DNA from: a virus
Lineage: Duplodnaviria; Heunggongvirae; Uroviricota; Caudoviricetes
Strand: one strand, 5' to 3'
DNA: 44,953 nucleotides
Virus record (IMG/VR): IMGVR_UViG_3300021255_003103
Coordinates: 1-44,953 of that record
Under the pieces are notes generated by a model that saw nothing but the letters and a program-made list of their open reading frames with translations, was not told the DNA's origin and ran no database searches. Position 1 is the first letter of the stretch. Every line of letters begins with the position of its first letter. Below are positions 1-8,160 of this stretch, in pieces. A program made the position numbers and the translations under genes.

Positions 1-108
1 TTTACAATAACTAACTACTGCATTTTTTCTGTTTGTTTCAACAAAATCTGTGCTATCAATAAATGTAGTATAATCATTATGATTACTTAAATTTCTAAGA
101 TATTTCAT
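1..108 (-). CDS. Partial CDS (5' end only, runs off window); N-terminus resembles the leader of the adjacent LRR protein
   Basis: ATG at 108-106, open to base 1: MKYLRNLSNHNDYTTFIDSTDFVETNRKNAVVSYCK; compare MGTYLKLFNLTSEYQAY...LPNVSICK of 141..3188. Confidence 0.75.
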   Translation of the reverse strand, partial: MKYLRNLSNHNDYTTFIDSTDFVETNRKNAVVSYCK

Positions 109-140
109 ATTTATATAATTTTAAATTAATATATTCATTA

Positions 141-3100
141 TTATTGTTCTACCTTAGTCCAACCATAATAACCTAAGTAATAATCTTCAGTATACATCCA
201 TACATTATAGCCACTACTACCACTTGGTACTGTTAATGTACCACCTATTTTTATATTATAGAATGTATAACTTTTTATTGTAGGAGCTGTTATGGCATTT
301 GACACTATACTTGTTAGACTGCTACAACCCCAGAAAGCACTATCGCCAATACTTGTAACACTATTAGGTATAGTTATACTTGTTAAACTGCTACAATCAA
401 CGAAAGCACTTTTACCAATACTTGTGACACTATTACCTATTGTTATACTTGTAAGACCAGTACATTGATAGAAAGCTTTCGTGCCAATACTTGTAACACC
501 ACTTCCAATGGTTGCACTTGTTAAACCACTACAGCCTTGGAAAGCACTACCGCCAATACTTGTAATACTATCAGGTATGACTACGCTTGTTAAACCAGTA
601 CACTGTTGGAAAGCACCAGTTCCAATACTTGTAACACTATTAGGTATAGTTATACTTGTTAAACCAGTACAGTTCATGAAAGCGCCTTGGCCAATGTCTG
701 TAACATTATTACCTAATGTTACACTTGTTAAACTGCTACAATCAACGAAAACACTTTCACCAATACTTGTGACACCACTTCCAATGGTTGCACGTGTTAA
801 ACCACTACAGCCTTGGAAAGCAGTAGTACCAATACTTGTAACACTATCAGGTATATCTATACTTGTTAAACCACTACAGTTATAGAAAGCACCTTGACGA
901 ATACTTGTAACACCATTTGAAATGGTTACACTTGTTAAACTACTACAATCAGCGAAAGCATAATAACCAATACTTGTAACACTATTACCTATGGTTACAC
1001 TTGTTAAACCACTACAGCTACGGAAAGCATAATCGCCAATACTTGGCGTTGAATCGCCTATAACTAGAGTTTCAATGGCAGTAAAACCTGATACTAATGA
1101 AGTTATTATTACTACTTGTGCATTGTAGTTTAACGTTTTAAGACCACTACACCTATTGAAAGCACCATAACCAATACTTGTGACACCACTTCCAATGGTT
1201 GCACTTGTTAAACCACTACAGCCAGCGAAAGCACTTTGACCAATACTTGTAACACTATTAGGTATAGTTATACTTGTTAAACTGCTACAATCAGCGAAAG
1301 TACTATTACCAATACTTGTAACACTATTTGGTATTGTTATACTTGTAAGACTAGTACAATTATAGAAAGCACTACCGCCAATACTTGTAACACTATCAGG
1401 TATAGTTATACTTGTTAAACCACTACAGTCTTGGAAAGCACTACCGTCAATACTTGTAACACTATTAGGTATAGTTATACTTGTTAAACCACTACAGTTA
1501 TAGAAAGCACTTTGACCAATACTTGTAACACTATCAGGTATGACTACGCTTGTTAAACCAGTACAATATTCAAAAGCATAATTACCAATTGATGTTACAC
1601 CATTGCCTATAGTTATACTTCTTAAACTATTACAGTGACTGAAAACACCACTACCAATACTTGTAACACTATCAGGTATGACTACGCTTGTTAAACCAGT
1701 ACACTGTTGGAAAGTATAGTCTCCAATACTTGTAACACCATTACCTATTGTAACATTTGTTAAATTATAACAGTCGTAGAAAGCAGAGATTCCAATACTT
1801 GTAACACTATCTGTTAATGTAAATAAAACAGTATGTTTACCCGCGGTATTAAATGTATATGAATTTGTAACTTCCTGTTCTACGCCGTCTACTTCCATTG
1901 AACTAAACATAGGTGTATCTCCACTACCTGAACCAGAACCAGAGCCAGAACTTCCATGATATAAATTTATTGGATTACTAGTATCAGTAACATTATATTT
2001 ACATAATATTTGGTTTCCTTCTAATACTTGTTCATCAGAACCACTGCCTGAGCCTGAGCCACTACCTGAGCCACTATCTGATTTTTCTACTATTGTCCAA
2101 TTATATTTACCTAAGTAATAATTTCCGGTACTCATCCAAGTATCATAATCAGCGCTACTAGCTGGTACTGTTAATATACCATTTGTCTTCACATTTCTGA
2201 ATGTATTACTTTGTATTGTAGGCGCTGCCATGACGTTAGACACGATACTTGTTAAACTAGTACAATAAGAGAAAGCACTTTCACCAATACTTGTAACACT
2301 ATTAGGTATAGTTATACTTGTTAAACCACTACAGTTATAGAAAGCATAACTACCAATACTTGTAACACCATTACCTATTGTAACACTTGTTAAATTATAA
2401 CACTCGTAGAAAGCAGAGCTTCCAATACTCGTAACACTATCTGGTATAGTTATACTTGTTAAACTAGTACAACCTTGGAAAGCAGCATAATCAATACTTG
2501 TAACACCATTACCTATGGTTATACTTGTTAAATCACTACAATAATAGAAAGCATTATTACCAATACTTGTAACACTATCAGGTATGACTACGCTTGTTAA
2601 ACCTTTACAACTATTGAAAGCATCATTGCCAATGCTTGTAACACTATCTGGTATAGTTATACTTGTTAAACCTTTGCAATCATAGAAAGCATAACTACCA
2701 ATACTTGTAACACTATCTGGTATGACTACGCTTGTTAAACCACTACAACTATTGAAAGCATTATTACCAATTGATGTTACACCATTGCCTATAGTTATAC
2801 TTCTTAAACTATTACAGTAACTGAAAGCACCAGTTCCAATACTTGTAACACCTTTAGATAATATAAATAAAACAGTATGTTCACCTACAGTGTCAAATGT
2901 ATATGTATCTGTAACTTCCTGTTCAACACCATCTACTTCCATTGAGCTAAACATAGGTGTGTCTCCACTACCTGAACCAGAACCAGAACTTACATGATAT
3001 AAATTTATTGGATTACTAGTATCAGTAACATTATATTTACATAATATCTTAATAACTTTAAGATTATAATAAACCTCAGTATTATCGTCTTTGCATATAG

Positions 3101-3188
3101 ATACATTAGGTAAAATCATCTTAGATATATCAGATGTATAAGCTTGATATTCTGATGTTAAGTTAAATAATTTTAAATAAGTTCCCAT
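141..3188 (-). CDS. BspA/TpLRR (LRR_5) leucine-rich repeat protein, two tandem modules
   Basis: 30 repeats of about 23 aa with consensus LTSITIPDSVTSIGxxAFxxCxx (9 in module 1, 21 in module 2); each module has a leader domain and a C-cap ending YYLGxYxWTxVE; Ser-Gly linkers. Confidence 0.92.
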   Translation of the reverse strand: MGTYLKLFNLTSEYQAYTSDISKMILPNVSICKDDNTEVYYNLKVIKILCKYNVTDTSNPINLYHVSSGSGSGSGDTPMFSSMEVDGVEQEVTDTYTFDTVGEHTVLFILSKGVTSIGTGAFSYCNSLRSITIGNGVTSIGNNAFNSCSGLTSVVIPDSVTSIGSYAFYDCKGLTSITIPDSVTSIGNDAFNSCKGLTSVVIPDSVTSIGNNAFYYCSDLTSITIGNGVTSIDYAAFQGCTSLTSITIPDSVTSIGSSAFYECYNLTSVTIGNGVTSIGSYAFYNCSGLTSITIPNSVTSIGESAFSYCTSLTSIVSNVMAAPTIQSNTFRNVKTNGILTVPASSADYDTWMSTGNYYLGKYNWTIVEKSDSGSGSGSGSGSGSDEQVLEGNQILCKYNVTDTSNPINLYHGSSGSGSGSGSGDTPMFSSMEVDGVEQEVTNSYTFNTAGKHTVLFTLTDSVTSIGISAFYDCYNLTNVTIGNGVTSIGDYTFQQCTGLTSVVIPDSVTSIGSGVFSHCNSLRSITIGNGVTSIGNYAFEYCTGLTSVVIPDSVTSIGQSAFYNCSGLTSITIPNSVTSIDGSAFQDCSGLTSITIPDSVTSIGGSAFYNCTSLTSITIPNSVTSIGNSTFADCSSLTSITIPNSVTSIGQSAFAGCSGLTSATIGSGVTSIGYGAFNRCSGLKTLNYNAQVVIITSLVSGFTAIETLVIGDSTPSIGDYAFRSCSGLTSVTIGNSVTSIGYYAFADCSSLTSVTISNGVTSIRQGAFYNCSGLTSIDIPDSVTSIGTTAFQGCSGLTRATIGSGVTSIGESVFVDCSSLTSVTLGNNVTDIGQGAFMNCTGLTSITIPNSVTSIGTGAFQQCTGLTSVVIPDSITSIGGSAFQGCSGLTSATIGSGVTSIGTKAFYQCTGLTSITIGNSVTSIGKSAFVDCSSLTSITIPNSVTSIGDSAFWGCSSLTSIVSNAITAPTIKSYTFYNIKIGGTLTVPSGSSGYNVWMYTEDYYLGYYGWTKVEQ
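1955..2009. repeat. 55-bp exact direct repeat, copy in LRR module 2 leader
   Basis: Identical to 2993-3047 (catgatataaatttattggattactagtatcagtaacattatatttacataatat). Confidence 0.9.
2993..3047. repeat. 55-bp exact direct repeat, copy in LRR module 1 leader
   Basis: Identical to 1955-2009. Confidence 0.9.
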
Positions 3189-3316
3189 TATATATTTGTT
3201 TTTAATTAAAAATAAATAATTAAAAAATATAAGATTTTGTAAATTATATCATATACAATATTATTTACAATTTTATATATAATAATGTCAATTAAAATTT
3301 AATATTTTAAATAATA

Positions 3317-3345
3317 TTTGAATTTTTTTCAAAACATACTATATT
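3317..3345 (+). promoter_or_regulatory. Repeated phage promoter-like motif
   Basis: TTTGAA-N17-TATATT upstream of a plus-strand operon. Confidence 0.7.
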
Positions 3346-3374
3346 TTTATTATAAATCAATAAAATTAATAAAT

Positions 3375-3758
3375 ATGGTAATTTCGACAAGAACAATTCG
3401 AGCAATTCTCAATAAGAAACGTAAAGAAGAGATTGAAGCTAAAAAATGCGAATGCAATAAGGCAGCAGACAAGCTTAAAGCAAAACTTAAGAGTTGGTTA
3501 AAGAAAGAGTTCGGATTTAGTCGATATGATTTCACAATCGGTATTTATACTAGTTGTTCTGAAGATACATATAATGCTTCAAAATATTCAATTAATGTAA
3601 CTTTCTTCAAGGGTGATCCGTACGAAATTGGTAAGAAATTTATGGAGAAGTTTGGAGACTTTAATTTCAAAGGTTTTGAATGTCACAGTAATTGCTCTGG
3701 AAATTATGAAAATCCAGAATGTAAGAATTGGCTTTTTATTGATGTAAAAAATAATTAA
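3375..3758 (+). CDS. Hypothetical protein
   Basis: ORF track start (TTG 3318) lies inside the promoter motif; in-frame ATG 3375 follows an A-rich leader. Confidence 0.75.
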   Translation: MVISTRTIRAILNKKRKEEIEAKKCECNKAADKLKAKLKSWLKKEFGFSRYDFTIGIYTSCSEDTYNASKYSINVTFFKGDPYEIGKKFMEKFGDFNFKGFECHSNCSGNYENPECKNWLFIDVKNN

Positions 3759-3770
3759 AAATCAAACAAT

Positions 3771-4061
3771 ATGAAATATAATATTATAAAAGAACTTCCA
3801 GTCAATTCATTAGATTTTATTTTCAATGAACTTAAGAATGGTGGACTTAAGCTTCTCTATTTTAATGCTCGCGAGAATAATGTGAGTCAAGTAAGTTGGT
3901 TCCCAGAAGACAAAATTGAAATTATTACAGTTGAAGATGATGAAATAGTTGCACAATATTATCCTTCTTTTCCATTTAATTCAGTCGTAGAAATGAAATG
4001 TAGTGGATGTTATTCATTTACAACAACTAATGGTTGGTTTATTGGTCATATTGAAGATTAA
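3771..4061 (+). CDS. Hypothetical protein
   Basis: 96-aa ORF with A-rich leader, operon context. Confidence 0.75.
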   Translation: MKYNIIKELPVNSLDFIFNELKNGGLKLLYFNARENNVSQVSWFPEDKIEIITVEDDEIVAQYYPSFPFNSVVEMKCSGCYSFTTTNGWFIGHIED

Positions 4062-4076
4062 ATTATAAATAAAAAC

Positions 4077-4142
4077 AGTCAGCCAGGGAGACTATAAAAT
4101 TATTCACTGATGAGACCTGGACGAAAATATATTCATACGAAT
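4077..4142 (+). ncRNA. Hammerhead-like ribozyme with pseudoknot, copy 1
   Basis: CUGAUGA 4107-4113, G...C closing pair, GAAA 4123-4126; hairpin AGUC/GACU with loop CCAGG (4083-4087) complementary to CCUGG (4116-4120); AUUC/GAAU candidate stem I. Confidence 0.65.
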
Positions 4143-4172
4143 CCACTTGCTTGCGAAAGTAGGTGGATTTTT
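4140..4172 (+). terminator. Intrinsic terminator fused to ribozyme-like element
   Basis: AATCCACTTGCTT-GCGA-AAGTAGGTGGATT stem with GNRA loop, then T run. Confidence 0.8.
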
Positions 4173-4201
4173 AAAAATTATAAAGATTTTATTTAATTAT
4201 T

Positions 4202-4230
4202 TTTGAATTTTTTATATATTATTCTATTTT
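4202..4230 (+). promoter_or_regulatory. Repeated phage promoter-like motif
   Basis: TTTGAA-N17-TATTTT. Confidence 0.65.
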
Positions 4231-4256
4231 ATTTATATAAATCAAACAAATAAAAT

Positions 4257-4553
4257 ATGATACATTTAATTGATACAAATCTTTTCGCCCATCAGAATCA
4301 AGTAAATTTCAATGGTGAAATACACCATTCAAATTATAATCATAATTACTATACTTCTCAAGGGGGAGTAATTATACTTGAGGAATGCGATGATGATAAT
4401 ACTTTTTATTATTACAATGTAGATCCTAATACTGGTAATACCGAATATTATGGATTAGTTGATTCAATAACTGGAATATTTGATAAGGATTATGATGGTT
4501 TTACTTATAAGAACGATGAAGGTATAATTGAACTTAATTCTAATTTTTGTTAA
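4257..4553 (+). CDS. Hypothetical protein
   Basis: 98-aa ORF downstream of promoter motif. Confidence 0.7.
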   Translation: MIHLIDTNLFAHQNQVNFNGEIHHSNYNHNYYTSQGGVIILEECDDDNTFYYYNVDPNTGNTEYYGLVDSITGIFDKDYDGFTYKNDEGIIELNSNFC

Positions 4554-4556
4554 AAT

Positions 4557-4871
4557 ATGAAACTTATTACAAAAGCAATTGAAAATGAGCTTCTTAAGCA
4601 TCCTTTATATTCAACAGATGGAAAAAATGAGAAAGATGTACTTGTAAAGTTTTTCAATCCATGCGGTATTGGTACCTGGTATGTTTTTGAAGCACAAAAG
4701 AATGGAGATGATTGGACGTTCTTTGGTTTGATAGACCTTTATGAAAAAGATCTTGGATATTTCACACTTGGTGAACTTAAATCAGTAAAGCTTCCATTTG
4801 GACTTTCAATTGAAAGAGATCAATATTTTGAAGGATATAAGTATAATTCAATAACTGGAGTAATTTTTTAA
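4557..4871 (+). CDS. DUF2958 domain protein
   Basis: LYSTDG...VKFFNPCGIGTWYVFE...FFGLIDL.E..LGYFTLGEL..VKLPFGLSIERDQYF. Confidence 0.8.
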   Translation: MKLITKAIENELLKHPLYSTDGKNEKDVLVKFFNPCGIGTWYVFEAQKNGDDWTFFGLIDLYEKDLGYFTLGELKSVKLPFGLSIERDQYFEGYKYNSITGVIF

Positions 4872-4876
4872 GCAAT

Positions 4877-5137
4877 ATGGAATTGAATTACAGAGTTTAC
4901 GACAATAGTTTTTGTATTAACGTTGATACTGGTGTTAGTGCTCTTCTTGTGCAAGAGTATGACATGTTTTATCCATATCGTCCCGACAAAAATGAAGATG
5001 GAGCTGTATTCACTATTTGTTCAAACCCTTATGATAAGTATATTGACATCTATGGTTTGAAGAAGTTTATCAATGTAAAATCATCAAAGACCGGAAATAT
5101 TTATCGAGTATTGTTCAAAGAATCAGCAATATATTAA
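4877..5137 (+). CDS. Hypothetical protein
   Basis: 86-aa ORF, tight packing. Confidence 0.7.
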   Translation: MELNYRVYDNSFCINVDTGVSALLVQEYDMFYPYRPDKNEDGAVFTICSNPYDKYIDIYGLKKFINVKSSKTGNIYRVLFKESAIY

Positions 5138-5140
5138 ATT

Positions 5141-5524
5141 ATGACAAAGAAATTAAATGAAGTGAAAGTAGGAGATACATTATATTGTATTGACTATAAA
5201 AATGATTGTATTGTTCCATTAACAGTTGCAGAACATATTACTAATGGACCAGACGTTAGTCGTAAAATATATTCGAGGGAAGCAATTAGAATTAAAGAGA
5301 AAGTTCCTTGTACACCGGAAGCTGAAGGTGAGTTCGTTATTGATCAATTTTATCGTGGTGATGAATGCGCAACATGTAAATATGGAATTTTTACAACTTA
5401 TAATGAAGCTAAAAAAGAATTAATAAAACAAATAAAAGATAATATTGATTATGTAGATAAAGAGATGGTTAATTTAAATAATCAAAAAATTCATCTATAT
5501 GATTGCCTTAATAAATTAAAATAA
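5141..5524 (+). CDS. Hypothetical protein with C-terminal coiled coil
   Basis: 127-aa ORF; VKVGDTLY start and heptad-rich end. Confidence 0.75.
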   Translation: MTKKLNEVKVGDTLYCIDYKNDCIVPLTVAEHITNGPDVSRKIYSREAIRIKEKVPCTPEAEGEFVIDQFYRGDECATCKYGIFTTYNEAKKELIKQIKDNIDYVDKEMVNLNNQKIHLYDCLNKLK

Positions 5525-5525
5525 C

Positions 5526-6026
5526 ATGGGTAAGAAATTTAATAATATCAAGCCAGGTACTATTTGTACAATGACTCATAATAAATCTGTGGTATTTCGT
5601 ATTACTCATGTAAATGATCAAGGAATGCCATTTGCAAAGCATTCATATTTCCATTATGCTAACACTACTGGTGAGTATGAATTTCAGATAGATGATAAAC
5701 CAGTATGTATGGCTTATACAACTGAATATGAAGAAGCGAGTAAAGAACAAAAAGAAAAATTTATAGAGATGGAGACTAAAGAAACAAACATTAAAGCTTT
5801 TAAGAAAGCACTTCATGAAGGTAAAGTAGAGTTTAAGTACACTAAGAAAAATGGCGAAGAGCGTATTGCAATTGGTACATTAAATATCGATGTAATGGGA
5901 AAGGAAAATGAGCCAAAAGGCACAGGTTATGAAACTACAGATTCTAATATTCGATATTATGATTTGAACTCAAATGGATGGCGCTCATTTATTACAGATA
6001 ATTTAATTTCATGGTCAATTATTTAA
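5526..6026 (+). CDS. WYL_2/DUF2693 (SH3-like beta-barrel) domain protein
   Basis: C-terminal GKVEFKYTKKNGEERIAIGTL...YYDLNSNGWRSF. Confidence 0.75.
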   Translation: MGKKFNNIKPGTICTMTHNKSVVFRITHVNDQGMPFAKHSYFHYANTTGEYEFQIDDKPVCMAYTTEYEEASKEQKEKFIEMETKETNIKAFKKALHEGKVEFKYTKKNGEERIAIGTLNIDVMGKENEPKGTGYETTDSNIRYYDLNSNGWRSFITDNLISWSII

Positions 6027-6038
6027 ATTTTTATAATT

Positions 6039-6284
6039 ATGTACGAAGCAGTAAGAAACAATATTATTAATAATTTTTTGAATCGTAATTATCGATGGAC
6101 ATGTGTTAATAATAAGAAATCGGTTTTTAATGATATGATTGATCGTAGTCCATTTCCATTTACATATGATTATGATAAAGATATTTTGATGATTACTCTT
6201 GGAGATAACATTAATATTACTGTTCATTTTGTTTGGGAATACAAAAACGATATAAAGCAATATCGTTTGATTAATTTTAATTAA
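6039..6284 (+). CDS. Hypothetical protein
   Basis: 81-aa ORF in operon. Confidence 0.7.
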   Translation: MYEAVRNNIINNFLNRNYRWTCVNNKKSVFNDMIDRSPFPFTYDYDKDILMITLGDNINITVHFVWEYKNDIKQYRLINFN

Positions 6285-6310
6285 GGTTGAACAATTGTTC
6301 AGCCTTTTCT
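6283..6310 (+). terminator. Intrinsic terminator overlapping a promoter-like motif
   Basis: AAGGTTGAAC-AATT-GTTCAGCCTT then TTCT; contains TTGAA with CTATTTT downstream. Confidence 0.7.
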
Positions 6311-6342
6311 ATTTTAATAAATAATGAAAGATATAATATAAC

Positions 6343-6876
6343 ATGAAAGAAGATAATTATTTACAATCAAAAGACGGAAAAATATATAAAATAATGTCTA
6401 ATCATTTATTACAGCTTTCTCCTTGGAAAGATGGTGAAGATAGACGTTTATATGAATATGACGATAAAGATATGACTGTTATAACATATCAAAACGCATG
6501 TATGATTGTAAATAAACAATATAATGAAATAGATGAGGAATGGGAGTATAACGGTAAAAAATATAAAGCTAATGCAATAGTAAATAAAAATATTGATGAG
6601 CATACTGCAATGCTTTCATTATTGCCATCTCATTATATTAAAGAATCTGTAAAAATATTAAAGACACTACCAAATGAGAATTCAATATCAATTTCTAATG
6701 AAAATGGTAATGAATTCAAAATGATTAAAAATAAAGGAAAAATTTATTATTGTCTTATAATTAATCAATTTTTGCCAAAAGTGCAGCTTTACGACACATT
6801 TGGAAAGTTTTGTCAAATGGTTAATATAAAAAATGTAAAGCCAATATATAATCAAACAGATAAAAAATATGTATAG
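6343..6876 (+). CDS. Hypothetical protein
   Basis: 177-aa ORF ending TAG immediately followed by TAA. Confidence 0.75.
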   Translation: MKEDNYLQSKDGKIYKIMSNHLLQLSPWKDGEDRRLYEYDDKDMTVITYQNACMIVNKQYNEIDEEWEYNGKKYKANAIVNKNIDEHTAMLSLLPSHYIKESVKILKTLPNENSISISNENGNEFKMIKNKGKIYYCLIINQFLPKVQLYDTFGKFCQMVNIKNVKPIYNQTDKKYV

Positions 6877-7648
6877 TAAAGAATATTACATTAAAGAAAT
6901 TCAAGAGTATGTTATTCATTTTAATGAATACTGGGAAGATCCAATAACTGAGTCTGAATTAGTTAAAAATACTGAAGATACTATATCTGCTATTTCTGGA
7001 TATTGCCAACTTATAAATACACAAATGAACTTAAAGAAAAATAGAGGCCTTTGTGAATATGATAAATTACCTGGTGTTGTTCAATCAGCAATTAAAAGTA
7101 TAATTGATTTAGTTAATGATGGTCGTGATTTATGGCATGAAATTGAATATTCAAAAGTAAATTCCGGTCAATCAAGAAAATTTGATCATTATGTAGAAAA
7201 GAATGGGCATTTATCGTTTGAAAACAATCCTTTACTTCGAACATTTGACATTATTGAATTATGTAATACTTTATCAGAATTAATTCAATCAGAGAAATCA
7301 ACAGCAGATTTAAAGAAATATGAAGGTAAATATTTTACAGGTGAATATTATGAATGTGGAGCATATACAATTAGAATTGATAAAATATATAAGAATAAAA
7401 AAGGAAAATATACTTTTGATGGTTATATAATTTGGTGGACAACAATAGATTCTAGATTTGAACACGATGGAATATTATTTGAAAAGGTAGAAGATTATCC
7501 ATTTGAAGATTTATTGTTTGTCGAATATGATGATGACGAAGAAGGAAATACTTTTAAAAATTATATAGAATCACTTAAAGAAGAAACTAAAAAATCTATT
7601 GAAGAGCAAATCAAACATCGTATTAATTATTATTTAGAAGAATTATGA
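6869..7648 (+). CDS. Hypothetical protein
   Basis: 259-aa ORF overlapping both neighbours. Confidence 0.8.
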   Translation: MYSKEYYIKEIQEYVIHFNEYWEDPITESELVKNTEDTISAISGYCQLINTQMNLKKNRGLCEYDKLPGVVQSAIKSIIDLVNDGRDLWHEIEYSKVNSGQSRKFDHYVEKNGHLSFENNPLLRTFDIIELCNTLSELIQSEKSTADLKKYEGKYFTGEYYECGAYTIRIDKIYKNKKGKYTFDGYIIWWTTIDSRFEHDGILFEKVEDYPFEDLLFVEYDDDEEGNTFKNYIESLKEETKKSIEEQIKHRINYYLEEL

Positions 7649-8160
7649 ATGCAAAATTTAAACCAGGAGATATTATAAGATCAAATAAAGATAATGAAAG
7701 AATATTTTATATTTTAAATTCAAAATATAAAACATATGTTGATACGTCAGACCGTTATGATGAGACATATGAATATTATAATTATCAATGTTATGATTTA
7801 ATAAATAATGAAGAAATAATTATTACTAGTTATGACGATAGTTCATATGATATTATTATGCATCGTTTTATATTTGAAGATATAAAACCATTTATGCAAG
7901 TATTAGTGTATGATATAACTTTTAATAAATGGATTGCCGATATTATATCTTCTTGGGGTCCTTGGGATATACATACAATTGGTCATGGTGAATTTTATTA
8001 TAAAGAAGTAGTACCTTATAATGATAATACAAAATATTTAATTAATACATCGGAGAAACAACATAAGTATCATAACTTTTCTCAAATAGATGAAGTAAAA
8101 GAATATTTTAAGAATAATGATTTAACAAATGATAATATATATAAAAAATTAAGTGTATGA
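7645..8160 (+). CDS. Hypothetical protein (motif recalled from Bacteroidales phage proteins)
   Basis: IKPFMQVLVYD...W...VPYNDNTKYLINT; ATGA overlaps on both sides. Confidence 0.7.
   Translation: MNAKFKPGDIIRSNKDNERIFYILNSKYKTYVDTSDRYDETYEYYNYQCYDLINNEEIIITSYDDSSYDIIMHRFIFEDIKPFMQVLVYDITFNKWIADIISSWGPWDIHTIGHGEFYYKEVVPYNDNTKYLINTSEKQHKYHNFSQIDEVKEYFKNNDLTNDNIYKKLSV

Noticed and set aside
481-885. Plus-strand 134-aa repetitive ORF
   Set aside because: Antisense shadow of the LRR repeats; periodicity is inherited from the real gene.
280-2860. LRR DNA repeats as a CRISPR array or DGR template/variable pair
   Set aside because: Repeats are in-frame 69-bp coding units without unique spacers; no cas or reverse transcriptase gene, and differences are not adenine-specific by eye.
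3318-3374. TTG starts in the ORF track (also 32493 and 39007)
   Set aside because: They fall in promoter/leader sequence; downstream in-frame ATGs with A-rich leaders are better starts.
4077-4142. Fluoride riboswitch or pistol ribozyme reading of the repeated element
   Set aside because: Topology is similar (hairpin loop pseudoknot), but it lies 3' of genes, lacks the fluoride GAUG...CUAC and pistol core residues as I recall them, and has the full CUGAUGA plus GAAA hammerhead core. A covariance search is still needed.
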